Source: Candidatus Fraserbacteria bacterium
GTDB lineage: Bacteria; Bipolaricaulota; Bipolaricaulia; RBG-16-55-9; DRXL01
DNA: 16,902 bases
NCBI GenBank assembly: GCA_947085185.1
Contig: CAMTVK010000008.1
Location: 1 to 16,902 of the forward strand
Direction: 5' to 3'
The translations under genes were made by a program, and so were the position numbers. Shown here piece after piece: positions 1-15,265 of this stretch (its first letter is position 1; every line of letters starts with the position of its first letter). A model generated the notes under the pieces. It was given only the letters and a program-made list of their open reading frames with translations, was not told the origin of the DNA and made no database searches.

Positions 1-141
1 TCATCTGCCCCGCTACCAGTGGACCTTCTTGGAGGGGCGCACCCGCCTGCGGTTTCTCGCCTTCAGCCATCAGAACAATTTGACCAACGCTTTATGTTTC
101 GCCGGGCTAGTGCTCTTCTGGCTGCGAGGTTATGGGATCAA
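1..141. repeat. Terminal direct repeat, copy 1 (identical to 16762..16902)
   Basis: TCATCTGCCCCGCTACCAG...GGTTATGGGATCAA occurs base-for-base at both ends of the window. Confidence 0.97.
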
Positions 142-546
142 GCAGCAGCTGCAGTGGCAGACGGACTGGGGCAGCGAGTGGGGCGGGGAGAGCTTGGCGA
201 AGATTGAGCGGCTGAACCGCAAGTTCTTTGAGCCCCTGGGAGCGAAGCTGGTGCGCTTCCCCCTGGGGAGGAAGGGCTACAACGGGCGTGTGGAGAGGAG
301 CCATCGCACCGACGACGAGGAGTTCTACCTGCCGCTGTTGGAGCGAATCCGGGACGAGCGGGAGCTGGTGCGGCAGGCGGCGCAGTGGCTCTACTATTAC
401 AATGTGGAGCGGCCTCACAGCGGAGCAGGGATGGATGGACTGAGTCCGTGGGGCAAGCTGCGCGAGCTGGGGGTGAAGGTGCCTGCGGAGTTTGCAATGC
501 TGCCGCCCATTGTGTTAGATAGGATCTCGACCGATTGGGTCCTGGG

Positions 547-575
547 CCCTGGTAACAATCTCTTGACCCATTACA
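547..575. repeat. IS481 right inverted repeat
   Basis: Reverse complement TGTAATGGGTCAAGAGATTGTTACCAGGG aligns with the left-end sequence TGCGCCAAGAGATCGTTACCAGGG. Confidence 0.8.
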
Positions 576-718
576 GGGTGGCTGGCTCAAGCTGCTTGCA
601 ATTTGGGGCTGCTCTGCGGCCCCGCTGCCCCGCTCACCTTGTCTGCTTCCCAGAAAGTGTGAACAGGGCGAGATGCCGGTCATTTGCTTCTAAGCCGGGG
701 ATGGGCGATATTAAAGAG

Positions 719-945
719 ATGCTTAAGCTTCTCTTCGAGGGCGGGACCATAAAGGTAACCGGCTCAGATGCGGCAGGGCCGCCGCCTCAAAGGCACTACC
801 TGGAGATCGTGGGCTTCTGGACGCCGGAATATTTGCAGAAAAAGCTGGCCAAGCTCAGAGCTGCTCAGACGAAGATGCTCATCGCGGTGGATAAGAATCT
901 GAAGTGCACAGAGGAGGAGCTGGGCGAAGGCAAAGAACTGTTTCG
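719..945 (+). pseudogene. Remnant: DUF790/Bax1-like C-terminal fragment preceded by a probable XPB-like helicase N-terminus
   Basis: HYLEIVGFWTPEYLQKKLAKL resembles the conserved EIVGFWTPEYL motif of DUF790 nucleases. MLKLLFEGGTIKV resembles N-termini of the XPB/Rad25-like helicases usually paired with them (weaker match). Far too short to be either intact gene. Confidence 0.6.
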
Positions 946-996
946 TGCGACACTGCTAGCGCGAACGCGCACGAGCGGCCTCGCCGCGGCCCCTAC

Positions 997-6077
<5,081 letters not shown>

Positions 6078-6081
<4 letters not shown>

Positions 6082-9000
6082 GCCGTACCTCCTTGGGCGT
6101 TCGCCGAGAACGCTGCACAAAAGTTATCGTATGTCTCCAAAATCGTGCGTTTGGTGCGGTACTCGCCATACCGCTCCTCGTCTTTGCGGCGGACGATAGG
6201 GAATTGGTCAAGGATGTAGGCGACGGCGTCACGAGGCGTAGGGAAAAGGGCTTTGAGTTCGGGCGTTGCCTCCCGCTCCCACTCTTCGGGCGTGCCCAAG
6301 TAGAGCAGAAAGAAGGCGGCATCCAGCTCGCAGCGCAACTGGAAGCGGCGCTCCTCGTCCCAGCGGAACGGGGGACCGTCATAACCCAAATCTCGGGCGA
6401 AGGGCGCCAAGTCCCACGCCGTGTAGGTGAGCTCGAGCACCCGCGGGCGGAGCCAGTCCGCCAGCGTCTCCCCCGGCGACCACGGACAGGGCCGCTCGAA
6501 GACCGAAGGCGGAAGGATGGGGAATTGCTCCAGATAACCATAGGTTAGATTGGTTCCCCCAACTTTTTGTCGGGCAACAAAATCCAGGGCAAATGAGTTC
6601 AGCGACGCGACTAGTCCATGAATTTGAGAGGATATTTGGGAGAAAAACACAGGCATTGAATGCCCCACCCCCACCCTCGGGATCACGGCGGCGATGACGG
6701 TGCGCTCGTTGGTGGCGTTGGTGATGTTCCGCCAGCCCAGCAGCCAGCCGCGGTCCCAGCGGCCCTGCAGGCGGGCCTCGACCTCCTCCTCGGGCACCCA
6801 GTAGCGGGGGAGGACGACGTAGTCGGGGTCGGCCAGGCGTTCGGGCGGCACCTCGGGGAGCTGCGTGCTCTTCGAGCCGGCCGGCTGATCCCGGTAGTCC
6901 CCGAAGCGGTGGTGGTATTGCTGGATCATCTTGGCTTCATAGAGGGGCAGGTACCGCGCCTCGCCCCGCACAAAGACGTTGCCGTCGAGCCGCCACCCCT
7001 CCCGCTCCAGCTCCTCGCGAGTGCGGAAGAGATGGGAGTCGTTGGCCATATGGAACATAGCCAGAAACGACACGCCCCACGGGTTCCCCGGCGCCCCCAG
7101 GGTCTCGTTGACCAGCACGGGCACCCGGCGGTAGATGTGCTTGGTGAGCTCGGCGTCCCGCCGGGTGCGGAAGATGGGAGCGGTGCCCGTGTTGGGGTTG
7201 AGCAGGCGGAAGTCCTCCGCGCTCAAGGTGAAGCGCCGCTCAGAATCATGCAGGTCACGGGTCTCATGGCAGAAAAAGGCAAACTCGGGAGTAGAAACTT
7301 TGCCATCGCTGGTAATAGTGAGAAGACAGAACTTGTAACGGCTATCAACTGCAGGAAACAATTTTTTGCGGTTCTCAAAGTCGTAGAGGGAGACCAGTTG
7401 GCGGCGTTCCACAAGATCACGGAAGAAGTGTGAAGTGGTATCGTCGGTGGCGATGCCGGTGGGGACGATGATTCCGGCTCGCCCGTCGGGCCGCAGCAGC
7501 GCGCGGGCCAGCTCGGCGAAGACGGCGTAGGTATTGATGTCGCCCCGGCCGGTGAGGGGGAAGCGTCCGCTGTGGCGCAGGAAGCGGCTGGTGGATTCCG
7601 CGGCGTGCAGGGCTTCGCGGTATTCCGCCCAGAGCCTGGGATTGCGGGTGGGCAGCTCGCGGATGAGGCGTTCCCGGGCGGCCTTGTTGGGCGCCTGGGC
7701 GATCGCGGGGTCGCGGGTAGCGAAGAACTCCTGCTCCTGAAGCTTGATCCGCTCCCACGGCGGATTGCTCAGCACCACGTCGAAGCCGCCCTGCTGGAAG
7801 ACCTCGGGGAACTCCAGCGGCCAGTGGAAGAAGCGGTGGCGCGCCGAGAGGTCCAGGGCGTTCCCCAGTGCCTGCCCGTGGCCGGTGCCGGTCTCGAGGT
7901 AGCGGAAGAGCGTGGCAGTTGTAATGTGGGGTGAACTACTGTGCGCAAGCTTCTGGAAAAACGCCGCCGTCCACAGGTCGCAGGCGATGCGGTCGCGCTC
8001 GGTTGCGCGTTGCCAATCGTTCAGAGCTTTGGCCTTTTGGCGGATCTGCTCTGGGGTGTCGTCCGGTGTCTCGAGCAAGGGGCGAAGGGATGCCGCCGCG
8101 CGACTGATTTCTTCGTTGGCGTCAAAGGGGAACGCGTACTGCCCGGCCTGCTCGTACTTGTTTTGCTGCTTAAGCGCGCGAGCCACCTGGCGATCCTCGT
8201 CCGATACCGGCTCGAAGGCCGCGTCGGGAATACCCTCTTTCAGTACGCTGAGGTCGAGCACGCCCACCAGGGAATCGCCGCAGCGGATGCGGTGGTCCAA
8301 GAAGGTGAGCGGCTTGCCCTCGCAGTGGGCTTCGAGCCACAGGGCCACGCGGCAAAGCTCTACGGCCAGCGGATTTTTATCGACACCGTAGATGCAGTGT
8401 CCGACGACGTCGCGAATCGCCTCGCGCACGCGCTCGGGGGCGGGTTCGTCTTCACCCGTGCGGACCTTCGCTAGCTCTTTGCCCAGCCGCCGGGCGGCCG
8501 CGAGCAGGAAGTGCCCCGAACCGCAGGCGGGATCGAGGACACGGATGGAAAGGAGCGCACGCTCTTTCTCCTCGGATGTGCGGGCGTTCTTCAGACGCTC
8601 TTCAATCACCGGCTCCAGTGCCGAGCGGATCAGTTCGGCGACGAGTTCGGGGGGCGTGTAGTAGGAGCCTGTGGACTTGCGCTCGGACCCGAACGCCAGC
8701 TGGAAGCGTGGCACGACCCCCGAGGTGTCGATCTGCGGGTGGTAATCGAGAAGGCTCTCGTAGACCGAGCCGAGTTCCTCGACGTCGAGGGCGGCGTAGT
8801 TGACCCGGCGGGGAGGCGCCGAAGGAGATTCGCGGTAGTAGGCGAGATGCCAGAACGCCTCGAGGAAATCGCGGTTCGTGATCGTGCAGGCGTCGAGGTC
8901 GAGAGGCTCGAAGAGTTCGCCGTTGAGCGGTGGGGCGTTCAGAAGCGAAGCGAGCTTCTCGTTGGAGAGGACCTTCCACAGCACCCGGAGGCTGCACCAG

Positions 9001-10016
9001 ATATCGTCGTCCTCGGTGTAGGAGCTGCGGCGATCGAGCAGCCGGCGCAGCCGCGCCACGCCGTAGTGCTCGCGGTACAAGGGGTCATTGCTGATCAGCC
9101 TCCGATCCTCGGAGACTAGGAGGAACAGGAGTCGGTACACCAGGCGCAGGAGTTGGCGGTAGAGTTCCTCCGGGGGCAGGCGATCCGGTTCGCCGTATCC
9201 GGGTGACACCTGTGCTCTCAGCAACTGGTTCTTCTGGTGCGAGAGGAAACCGTTCGCCAGGCGCTTGATGCACTCTTCGACCCCGTCGCGTAGCCGCTCG
9301 CGCACCCGCCCGCCCTGCTCCACCGCGTGCTCGTAGTATCGTTCCAGGAGGCAATCCCGTGCGTCATCGGCGGAGCGGGGCAGGCGGCTTCGGTGGAGGA
9401 GCCGGTAGAGGAGGGCAAAATCGGTGAACTGCCGCTCCTCAAAGATCTGTCGGAGGTCGAACTCGACATAGGCTTGCCGGCGCACGTAGGTGCTATCGCG
9501 CAGCAGGCGCAGCGTCAGGCCGTTGGTGACGATGCCCCAGAGGCGTTCGGTGCGGTTGAGAAACTCCTGCACCAGCGAGTGGGGTGCGAGCCGCGGTCGC
9601 CCCGTGGGGGCCAGGCGTCCCAGTTCCTGCCTCGCCCCCACGATATGTACCGGTGGTGCGTCCTCGGCCTCGCCCGCCCGGTGGGAGATGGCGAATGTAA
9701 GCCCGTCTACCTCGTAGGCGCGCGGGTTGTAGCGCAGTTCGTAGCCCAACAGACTCAAGAACGGAATCACCCAAGCGTCGCGGGTGACCGACGTTGCCGG
9801 GTCGGTGTCGGGGAGGCGCTCCAGCCGGCGCTGGAAGACCTCCCACTGGTCGCGGGCATCGGCGAAGACACTGGCGATCTCGTCGGTGAGGCTTCGTCGG
9901 CCGTCGAGCCCGAAGTCTTTCGGCTTCTGTCCCGGAAGATCGCCTGCCAGGAGTTGCTCCAACGTGTCCGGCCCGAGCAACCCTCCTTCGATCCGCACTG
10001 CAGGGAACAGACTCAT
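6078..10016 (-). CDS. Large N6-adenine DNA methyltransferase, Eco57I/type IIG-like (DrmMI-like), 1312 aa
   Basis: [16 protein letters not shown], motif [25 protein letters not shown], catalytic motif IV NPPW (7755..7766), C-terminal TRD-like region. ATGA overlaps with the genes on both sides. Confidence 0.93.
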
Positions 10017-12895
10017 GGCGACACCACCGGTTGCAAGATGAGAAGTCCTAAGAGATCTGGGGGAAACTGCGGCTTTACCTCAAGCCCGCGCACGCGCAGC
10101 GACACCGCTTGCCGGATGCGCTTGTGGGCGTCGGTCAGTTCACGCGCCCGGCGCACCACGCGCTCCCGGATCGCGCTTTGCAGCGGATGGGCCATGCCCC
10201 AGTTGTCCGCCGCGTCGCACCACTCGCCCAAGCTCCCGAGCGCCCGCTCGACCAGCTCCCGCTTTTCGCGCAGAGAGATATTGGCGTCCGGCTTGGCCTC
10301 GGCCAGAAGCCGAAGCGCGTCACGGGCTTCCAGCCATTTGGCATCGCCCCCTGCCGATCCAACGAAGCCCAGCACCAGCACCTCTTCGGAGAGCAGGGGT
10401 CGCGCCTGGGGTTGCTCGACCAGGTAGCGCACGCGCAGCAGCAGGATCGTCGTGAGTTCCTGCACGGCGCGGGTGCGCAAAACACCGCAGCGCGAGGCGG
10501 TGGCGTGGCCGCGCCGGCTGAGCGCTTCCTCGAAGAGGAACCGCGCCAGTGTGGTCACGAAGCGGTGGTTGCGACCGATGTATTCAGCTCCCTCGGGGGT
10601 GGGCGAGTCGAAACTGATGAGCCACCGTCCGCCCTTGCTTGGGGGCAGGGCCAGCCGAATCGGCTCAGGAAGTGTCGCAGTTGCCTCCGGGGTCACGGTC
10701 ACCCGGAAGACGCCCGGCCGGCGGTCCGGGGTAACAGTGAGGCCGATTCGCTGAGCCGCGGCGAGGACAAACTCGCGCACCGCGCTGGGATCGCCGAGCA
10801 CCGCGTCGGTTGCCTCGAGTTCGCGCTTTACTTCCTCGGGCTTGAGCGCGCGCTGCGCGAACCGGGTGCGGTTGATCCTCTCACGCTCCGCGTCCCGTTC
10901 CCAGCGCCGATGCAACTCGTCGACCTGCGGAACCCCGAGGTCCAACACGAGCTGCCGCTCGGCCGCTTTCCGCCCGCCGCGAAGGAAGAGCGCTTCGAGC
11001 ACGGCCTGGGTGACGCTTTCGCTCTCTTCAGGCACTGGCACGTGCGTGCCCAACGTGCGGTGGATCTCCCGCGCCTTGTCGAGGAGCACTTCGATCACCA
11101 CGCCGTCCACGGGGTTGTCTCGCCCGAAGAAGCGAATGGCCTTGACCTGCTTGGCAGACTGCCCGTAGCGGTCCACCCGTCCCTCGCGCTGCTCCAGCCG
11201 GTTGGGGTTCCACGGGAGATCGTAGTGAACGACGGCAGTGAACTTCTCCTGGAGGTTCACGCCCTCGGAAAGGCAGTCGGTGGCGACGAGCAGGCGCGGG
11301 CGGCTGAGATCGATCTCGTCTATCTTGGCTTGTCGCTCGTCGTCGCCCATGCGGCCGGTGACGCACACCACCTGGACCTCAGGCCCCAAGCGCTGTCGCA
11401 AGTGCTCGGCGAGGTACTCCGCGGTCGCTACGTACCGGCACCAGAAGATCGGATGGAAGCCTTCCGCCACCAAGTTCCGTGCGATCTCGATTGCTCGTTC
11501 GAGCTTGGCGTCCTCGGCCGTACCGTAAAGCTGCTCGGCGAGTCGCGCGAGTTCTCGCAGCTTGCGGCGGTCACCATCGGCTAGGGTCTCGGCCGCGGCC
11601 CCGACGGCTGGCGTGGGCGCTTCGTCATCGGTACGATCCTCAGCCGACTCGAACACGAAGGAACCGTATTCTGGTGCATCCTCTTCTGCCGGCATGAAAC
11701 CCGCGCGATTGGCCAGCGCTGCCAGCGCCGCCGCCGGACTGGACATCACGCACCGCAGGAGCGCCAGCGCCCCCCAGTAGCGCACCCGGCGCTTTCGCTC
11801 CTCGAGGTGCTCGCCCGTTTGCACAATCTCCGAGCAAAACGCGTACGTGCGCTCGAACAGCCCCCGGTACGGACCCGACAGTTCGTAGGTCTCGTCCACG
11901 GGTTCCCGCTTGGGGAAACAAGGGCCGGCTTCCCAGGTGTGCTCGATATCGCGACGCGTGCGCTGCACGAAATGGCGGGCCAACTCGATGCGCTGGGCTT
12001 CGTCCAGTTCGCTGACATTCCACGTGGCGAACTCCGGGCGCATGAGCCCGAGGAGCGAACGGAAGGCCTCCTCGATGCCACTATGCGGCGTGGCGGTGAG
12101 GAGGATCAGGTGCCGGTTTGGGTTCTTGGCTACCTCTTCCAAGAGCGCGTGCCGTTCTTGTTGCCGTTGCCCCGACGCAGCCGCTGCACCGTGCACCTCG
12201 TCGACGATCACGAGTTCGGGACAGAACTGCAGAAACTGGTGCCGGTTGCGTTCGGTCTTGACGAAATCGATGCTCGCCACCTGGACGGGGAAGTGCTCGT
12301 AGATACTCCGACCGAAGGGCTTCTGCCGCTCGAGCTGTCCCACTGTCCCCGAACGTATCACCACCGGGTCGAGGTTGAACTTCTCGTCAAGTTCCTTGGC
12401 CCACTGGTCGCAGAGGTACGGCGGGCAGAGCACGCAGAAGCGCTGGATCTCGCCGCGATCGAGGAGTTCCCGGGCGATGAGCAGTGCCTCGATGGTCTTC
12501 CCCACCCCCACGTCATCCGCGATGAAGAGCCGCACCGGGTCCAGACGCAGGGCCATCAGGAGCGGCACGAACTGATATGTCCGCGGCCGGATCGAGATGC
12601 GCCCCAGCGACCGAAACGGGGTGGCGCCCTCGCGGAGCGTGAGCCGCGCCGCCTGCCAGAGGAGATGCGCGCTCGCTGCGTCCGACACGTCTTCAGCAGT
12701 AGGAAGAGGAAACGCCGCGGGCTCAACCCGCTCGAACGACAGGTCGTAGCCCACGAGATTCATGAGGCCCCTGTGTACCTTGACGACGTCGTCGGTCGTG
12801 CCGGTGAGCGGGCGGAGCGCGAAGACCTCGTCTGTCTCCGCCGGCAGCAGAACCCACTCGCGGTTGCGGCAGCGGACGATCGAGCCGGGATTCAT
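10013..12895 (-). CDS. SWI2/SNF2-family helicase (DrmD-like), ~960 aa
   Basis: IADDVGVGKT, DEVH, LTATPH, ATDCLSEGVNLQ, HYDLPWNPNRLEQREGRVDRYGQ. AAAGGAGG RBS favours ATG 12895 over GTG 12904. Confidence 0.93.
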   Translation of the reverse strand: MNPGSIVRCRNREWVLLPAETDEVFALRPLTGTTDDVVKVHRGLMNLVGYDLSFERVEPAAFPLPTAEDVSDAASAHLLWQAARLTLREGATPFRSLGRISIRPRTYQFVPLLMALRLDPVRLFIADDVGVGKTIEALLIARELLDRGEIQRFCVLCPPYLCDQWAKELDEKFNLDPVVIRSGTVGQLERQKPFGRSIYEHFPVQVASIDFVKTERNRHQFLQFCPELVIVDEVHGAAAASGQRQQERHALLEEVAKNPNRHLILLTATPHSGIEEAFRSLLGLMRPEFATWNVSELDEAQRIELARHFVQRTRRDIEHTWEAGPCFPKREPVDETYELSGPYRGLFERTYAFCSEIVQTGEHLEERKRRVRYWGALALLRCVMSSPAAALAALANRAGFMPAEEDAPEYGSFVFESAEDRTDDEAPTPAVGAAAETLADGDRRKLRELARLAEQLYGTAEDAKLERAIEIARNLVAEGFHPIFWCRYVATAEYLAEHLRQRLGPEVQVVCVTGRMGDDERQAKIDEIDLSRPRLLVATDCLSEGVNLQEKFTAVVHYDLPWNPNRLEQREGRVDRYGQSAKQVKAIRFFGRDNPVDGVVIEVLLDKAREIHRTLGTHVPVPEESESVTQAVLEALFLRGGRKAAERQLVLDLGVPQVDELHRRWERDAERERINRTRFAQRALKPEEVKRELEATDAVLGDPSAVREFVLAAAQRIGLTVTPDRRPGVFRVTVTPEATATLPEPIRLALPPSKGGRWLISFDSPTPEGAEYIGRNHRFVTTLARFLFEEALSRRGHATASRCGVLRTRAVQELTTILLLRVRYLVEQPQARPLLSEEVLVLGFVGSAGGDAKWLEARDALRLLAEAKPDANISLREKRELVERALGSLGEWCDAADNWGMAHPLQSAIRERVVRRARELTDAHKRIRQAVSLRVRGLEVKPQFPPDLLGLLILQPVVSP

Positions 12896-12941
12896 TGGGC
12901 ACACCCTCCTTTGGCGAATGGCCTATCGGTCTTGAGCGCCA

Positions 12942-13118
12942 TCAGGCCTCTCGTGGCCCCTTTCCCGCGCAGTCCACCAGCTCGACTTCGACGATGTTCT
13001 TGCGGCGGATCTCGCCCTCGCCCGACTGGTTGCCTGCCTGCCGCGCCGGGCGCGGCGCAGGCGGGTCGATCCGCCCGTCGATCCCGCGGATGGCGAGGTT
13101 CATCTCCGCCGCGCTCAT
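12942..13118 (-). pseudogene. hsdM: Type I R-M methyltransferase (HsdM) fragment, downstream piece (58-codon ORF)
   Basis: Hand translation [50 protein letters not shown]... MNLAIRGID and NQSGEGEIR..LVDC are typical HsdM segments. The catalytic NPPF region normally between them is absent. Confidence 0.8.
13033..13065. repeat. GC-rich REP-like palindrome
   Basis: CCTGCCTGCCGCGCCGGGCGCGGCGCAGGCGGG: inner arms GCCGCGCC/GGCGCGGC, outer arms CCTGCCTG/CAGGCGGG. Confidence 0.6.
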
Positions 13119-14962
13119 GACGCAGCCTCCTCGTCGAGCACAGCCGGATTCCAGATGCGCTCGGCCAGCTTCTGGTAAAGCGCCTGCCTGGCATCAAGGT
13201 CTGCCTTCTTGAACTCGGCGTGCGCGCGGAACGGCAGGCCGCTCTCCTCGATGAAGCGCCGGAAGCCGGGGTTGTGCTCGTAAGCATCCTCGTGGAGGCT
13301 CCGCGCGAGCAGATTCTGGCCACGGTAATGCTCGCGCTTCTCGGCATACGGCATATCGCCATAGCTGGCGTTGAAGCTCTTGGGCAGGAGAAGAAGGCCG
13401 CCGATGCGGTTGCGGTACTCCTGAAACTCGTTCGGGGAGAACTCGGTGTGCCGCTTGGGATGGTCGGCCCAGATGTGCTCGATCTCATAACCCTTCTTGC
13501 CGCCCTGGACATACTCGGCGTAACGTGAGGGTTGCCCGGAGCGTGTCTCGACGTAGTCGGTCATGCGCGCGAGCAGGCGGTGGATCTGGCGACGGTTCAT
13601 CCCATGCAGGCGGAAAGCGCTATTCGCCGCGAAGTCGGGCGCCGTCTCGGGGTCGAGGCGGTCCTTCAGCATCGCGGCGAGCTCCGAGGCGCTCTTGCCG
13701 CGGATGTCGCGCATCACGAGGAACATCGCGTACTGCATGGTCGAGTAGTCGATGGCGCGGAAGTTCCAGATCCGGCGATGGATCAGGATGTCCAGATAGG
13801 CCGCCACGACGCGCACCTTGCGCAGCGCACTGGCTTCGTCGTCATCCACCTTGAGCGGTGCAAGCAGCACCGGATACTGGAGGGTGAAGTTGTGCTGGGC
13901 GTTGAAGTGCACGCGCTCGAGACCGGGAGTCAATGCCTCGGCCGCGCGGCGCAAACGTTCGTACCAGCGGCTGTAAAAGGCGAAGTCGCGCTCGATAAAG
14001 CGGATGAACTCAGCGCTACCCGTGAGGCCGAGGCGGTCTTTGTTGTCACGCACCCAGCGATGGAACTCGGTGCCGATCAGATCGAAATCCTTCGGTGCCG
14101 CGCCGCGCTTGCGCTCCCGGATGCTCTCGGCGTACTGGCTGCGCAGCCACGATTTGATGGCATCGGCGTCCTCGTCCTTGCCGAGCTCGGCGAGCGCCTG
14201 CACCCGCTCCTTCCAAGTGCGGCTCGCGCGCGTACGTTCCTCGGCATCCGTGATGTTGGCGAGCAGGTAGCCCTTGAGCATGTCCGCGGGCGTGAGGGAC
14301 AGCCCACGATCGTTCATCGTCTCGAAGATGGTGTAGGCATCGTTGTCGGAGTAGGCGGTGATCTCGACGAGATGCACGTTCTCCACCAGCCAGTCCACGA
14401 AGTACGGCAGCGCCGGGCCGGTGAGTTCCTCGGGGAAAAGGTCCTCGATGTCCGCGAAGCGCGCCAGGATGTTGGCGATGGATTCTGACGCGTCGGCTCC
14501 CTGGAACTCCTCGCCCTTGTAAAGCGCCTCCATGCAGGCTTCGCGCTCGGGGATGTCGAGGTTGAATGAACGCTTGCCGTACTTCAGCGAGAAGATGAGA
14601 TCAGCGATCTGCCCCTTTTGTTCGGCGTCTTGGAGCTTGTGGTGGAGGTAGATCAAGAGCAGCGTGAGCGTGGTGAGCCGCTGCTGGCCGTCGATGATGA
14701 ACTTCTGGCCGTCCTTCTCGCTAATGATGATCGAGCCCAGGAAGTAGTGGCCGTAGTTGGCTACGGCGCTCCGTTCGTTACCCTCCTCGTAGCTTTCCAG
14801 AAACTTGTCCGCGAGGTCGTCGATCAGCTGCGCGACCTGCTTGCGCTGCCACTTGTACTCGCGCTGGTAGTAGTCGATCGAATACTTGCGGCCGGCAAGC
14901 AGTTCGCGGACCGTGCGAGCCTTGGCGTCGATCTCACGGGAGAGCTGCGGGGGGCGGGTCAT
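13115..14962 (-). CDS. gmrSD: DUF262 + DUF1524 (HNH) protein; GmrSD-like type IV modification-dependent restriction endonuclease, 615 aa
   Basis: DUF262 motifs [29 protein letters not shown]1524 motif EIEHIW...[26 protein letters not shown] upstream. Confidence 0.88.
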   Translation of the reverse strand: MTRPPQLSREIDAKARTVRELLAGRKYSIDYYQREYKWQRKQVAQLIDDLADKFLESYEEGNERSAVANYGHYFLGSIIISEKDGQKFIIDGQQRLTTLTLLLIYLHHKLQDAEQKGQIADLIFSLKYGKRSFNLDIPEREACMEALYKGEEFQGADASESIANILARFADIEDLFPEELTGPALPYFVDWLVENVHLVEITAYSDNDAYTIFETMNDRGLSLTPADMLKGYLLANITDAEERTRASRTWKERVQALAELGKDEDADAIKSWLRSQYAESIRERKRGAAPKDFDLIGTEFHRWVRDNKDRLGLTGSAEFIRFIERDFAFYSRWYERLRRAAEALTPGLERVHFNAQHNFTLQYPVLLAPLKVDDDEASALRKVRVVAAYLDILIHRRIWNFRAIDYSTMQYAMFLVMRDIRGKSASELAAMLKDRLDPETAPDFAANSAFRLHGMNRRQIHRLLARMTDYVETRSGQPSRYAEYVQGGKKGYEIEHIWADHPKRHTEFSPNEFQEYRNRIGGLLLLPKSFNASYGDMPYAEKREHYRGQNLLARSLHEDAYEHNPGFRRFIEESGLPFRAHAEFKKADLDARQALYQKLAERIWNPAVLDEEAAS

Positions 14963-15139
14963 CCTGCGGTCACCTCCCTGAGCATGGGAAGGATATAGTG
15001 CTCGATCCGCCCGCCGTGGGCGCGGATGAACTCCTCGGACTGCACGAACATCCCGGAGGAGCCGCAGCAGGGGTCATACACCCCCCTGGAACGGCTCCAG
15101 CATCTCCACGAGCAGCTTGACCACGCAGCGCTTGGCCAT
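14959..15139 (-). pseudogene. hsdM: Type I HsdM fragment, upstream piece, frameshifted
   Basis: Hand translation [19 protein letters not shown] / frameshift in a G6 run (15081..15086) / [26 protein letters not shown] (HsdM SAM-binding motif I), then [18 protein letters not shown] overlapping the gmrSD ATG. GAAGGAGA RBS upstream. Confidence 0.85.
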
Positions 15140-15156
15140 ATTATGCCCTCTCCTTC

Positions 15157-15192
15157 GCTCGCTATATTATAAAGCGAGCCTCAAAAAATCAA
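15157..15192 (-). promoter_or_regulatory. Putative promoter of the defence operon; -10 box enclosed by an inverted repeat
   Basis: TATAAT at 15171..15166 lies inside GCTCGCT-N9-AGCGAGC (15157..15179). Candidate -35 TTGATT has only a 15-bp spacer. AT-rich region upstream. Confidence 0.55.
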
Positions 15193-15265
15193 AAGAGGGG
15201 GGTTCAAAAATAAGAGAAGCACTTCTGGGGGGCTGGCTCCCGGCGCCGTGTCATAGAAGGCAAGA

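Larger units (their letters stand above)
1..575 (+). mobile_element. IS481-family insertion sequence, 3' part, ending at the right inverted repeat
   Basis: Encodes the integrase-core half of the transposase and ends ...GGTAACAATCTCTTGACCCATTACA. IS481 elements end TGT...ACA. The reverse complement of this end matches 16088..16111. Confidence 0.85.

Noticed and set aside
1..141. Terminal repeat as a biological LTR or phage terminal repeat
   Set aside because: It lies mid-transposase and its length equals a common assembler k-mer; no phage genes were recognised.
943..990. Short hairpins downstream of the helicase stop as an intrinsic terminator
   Set aside because: Stems are short and GC-driven with no convincing U-tract.
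12892..13512. 206-aa minus-strand ORF bridging gmrSD and the SNF2 gene
   Set aside because: Out-of-frame overlap with gmrSD and low-complexity translation; the HsdM-like signal is in a different frame.
13115..14962. SspE of a phosphorothioate system (also DUF262-DUF1524)
   Set aside because: No sspABCD or dnd genes in the window; GmrSD-like is the simpler call, though substrate specificity cannot be read from the sequence.
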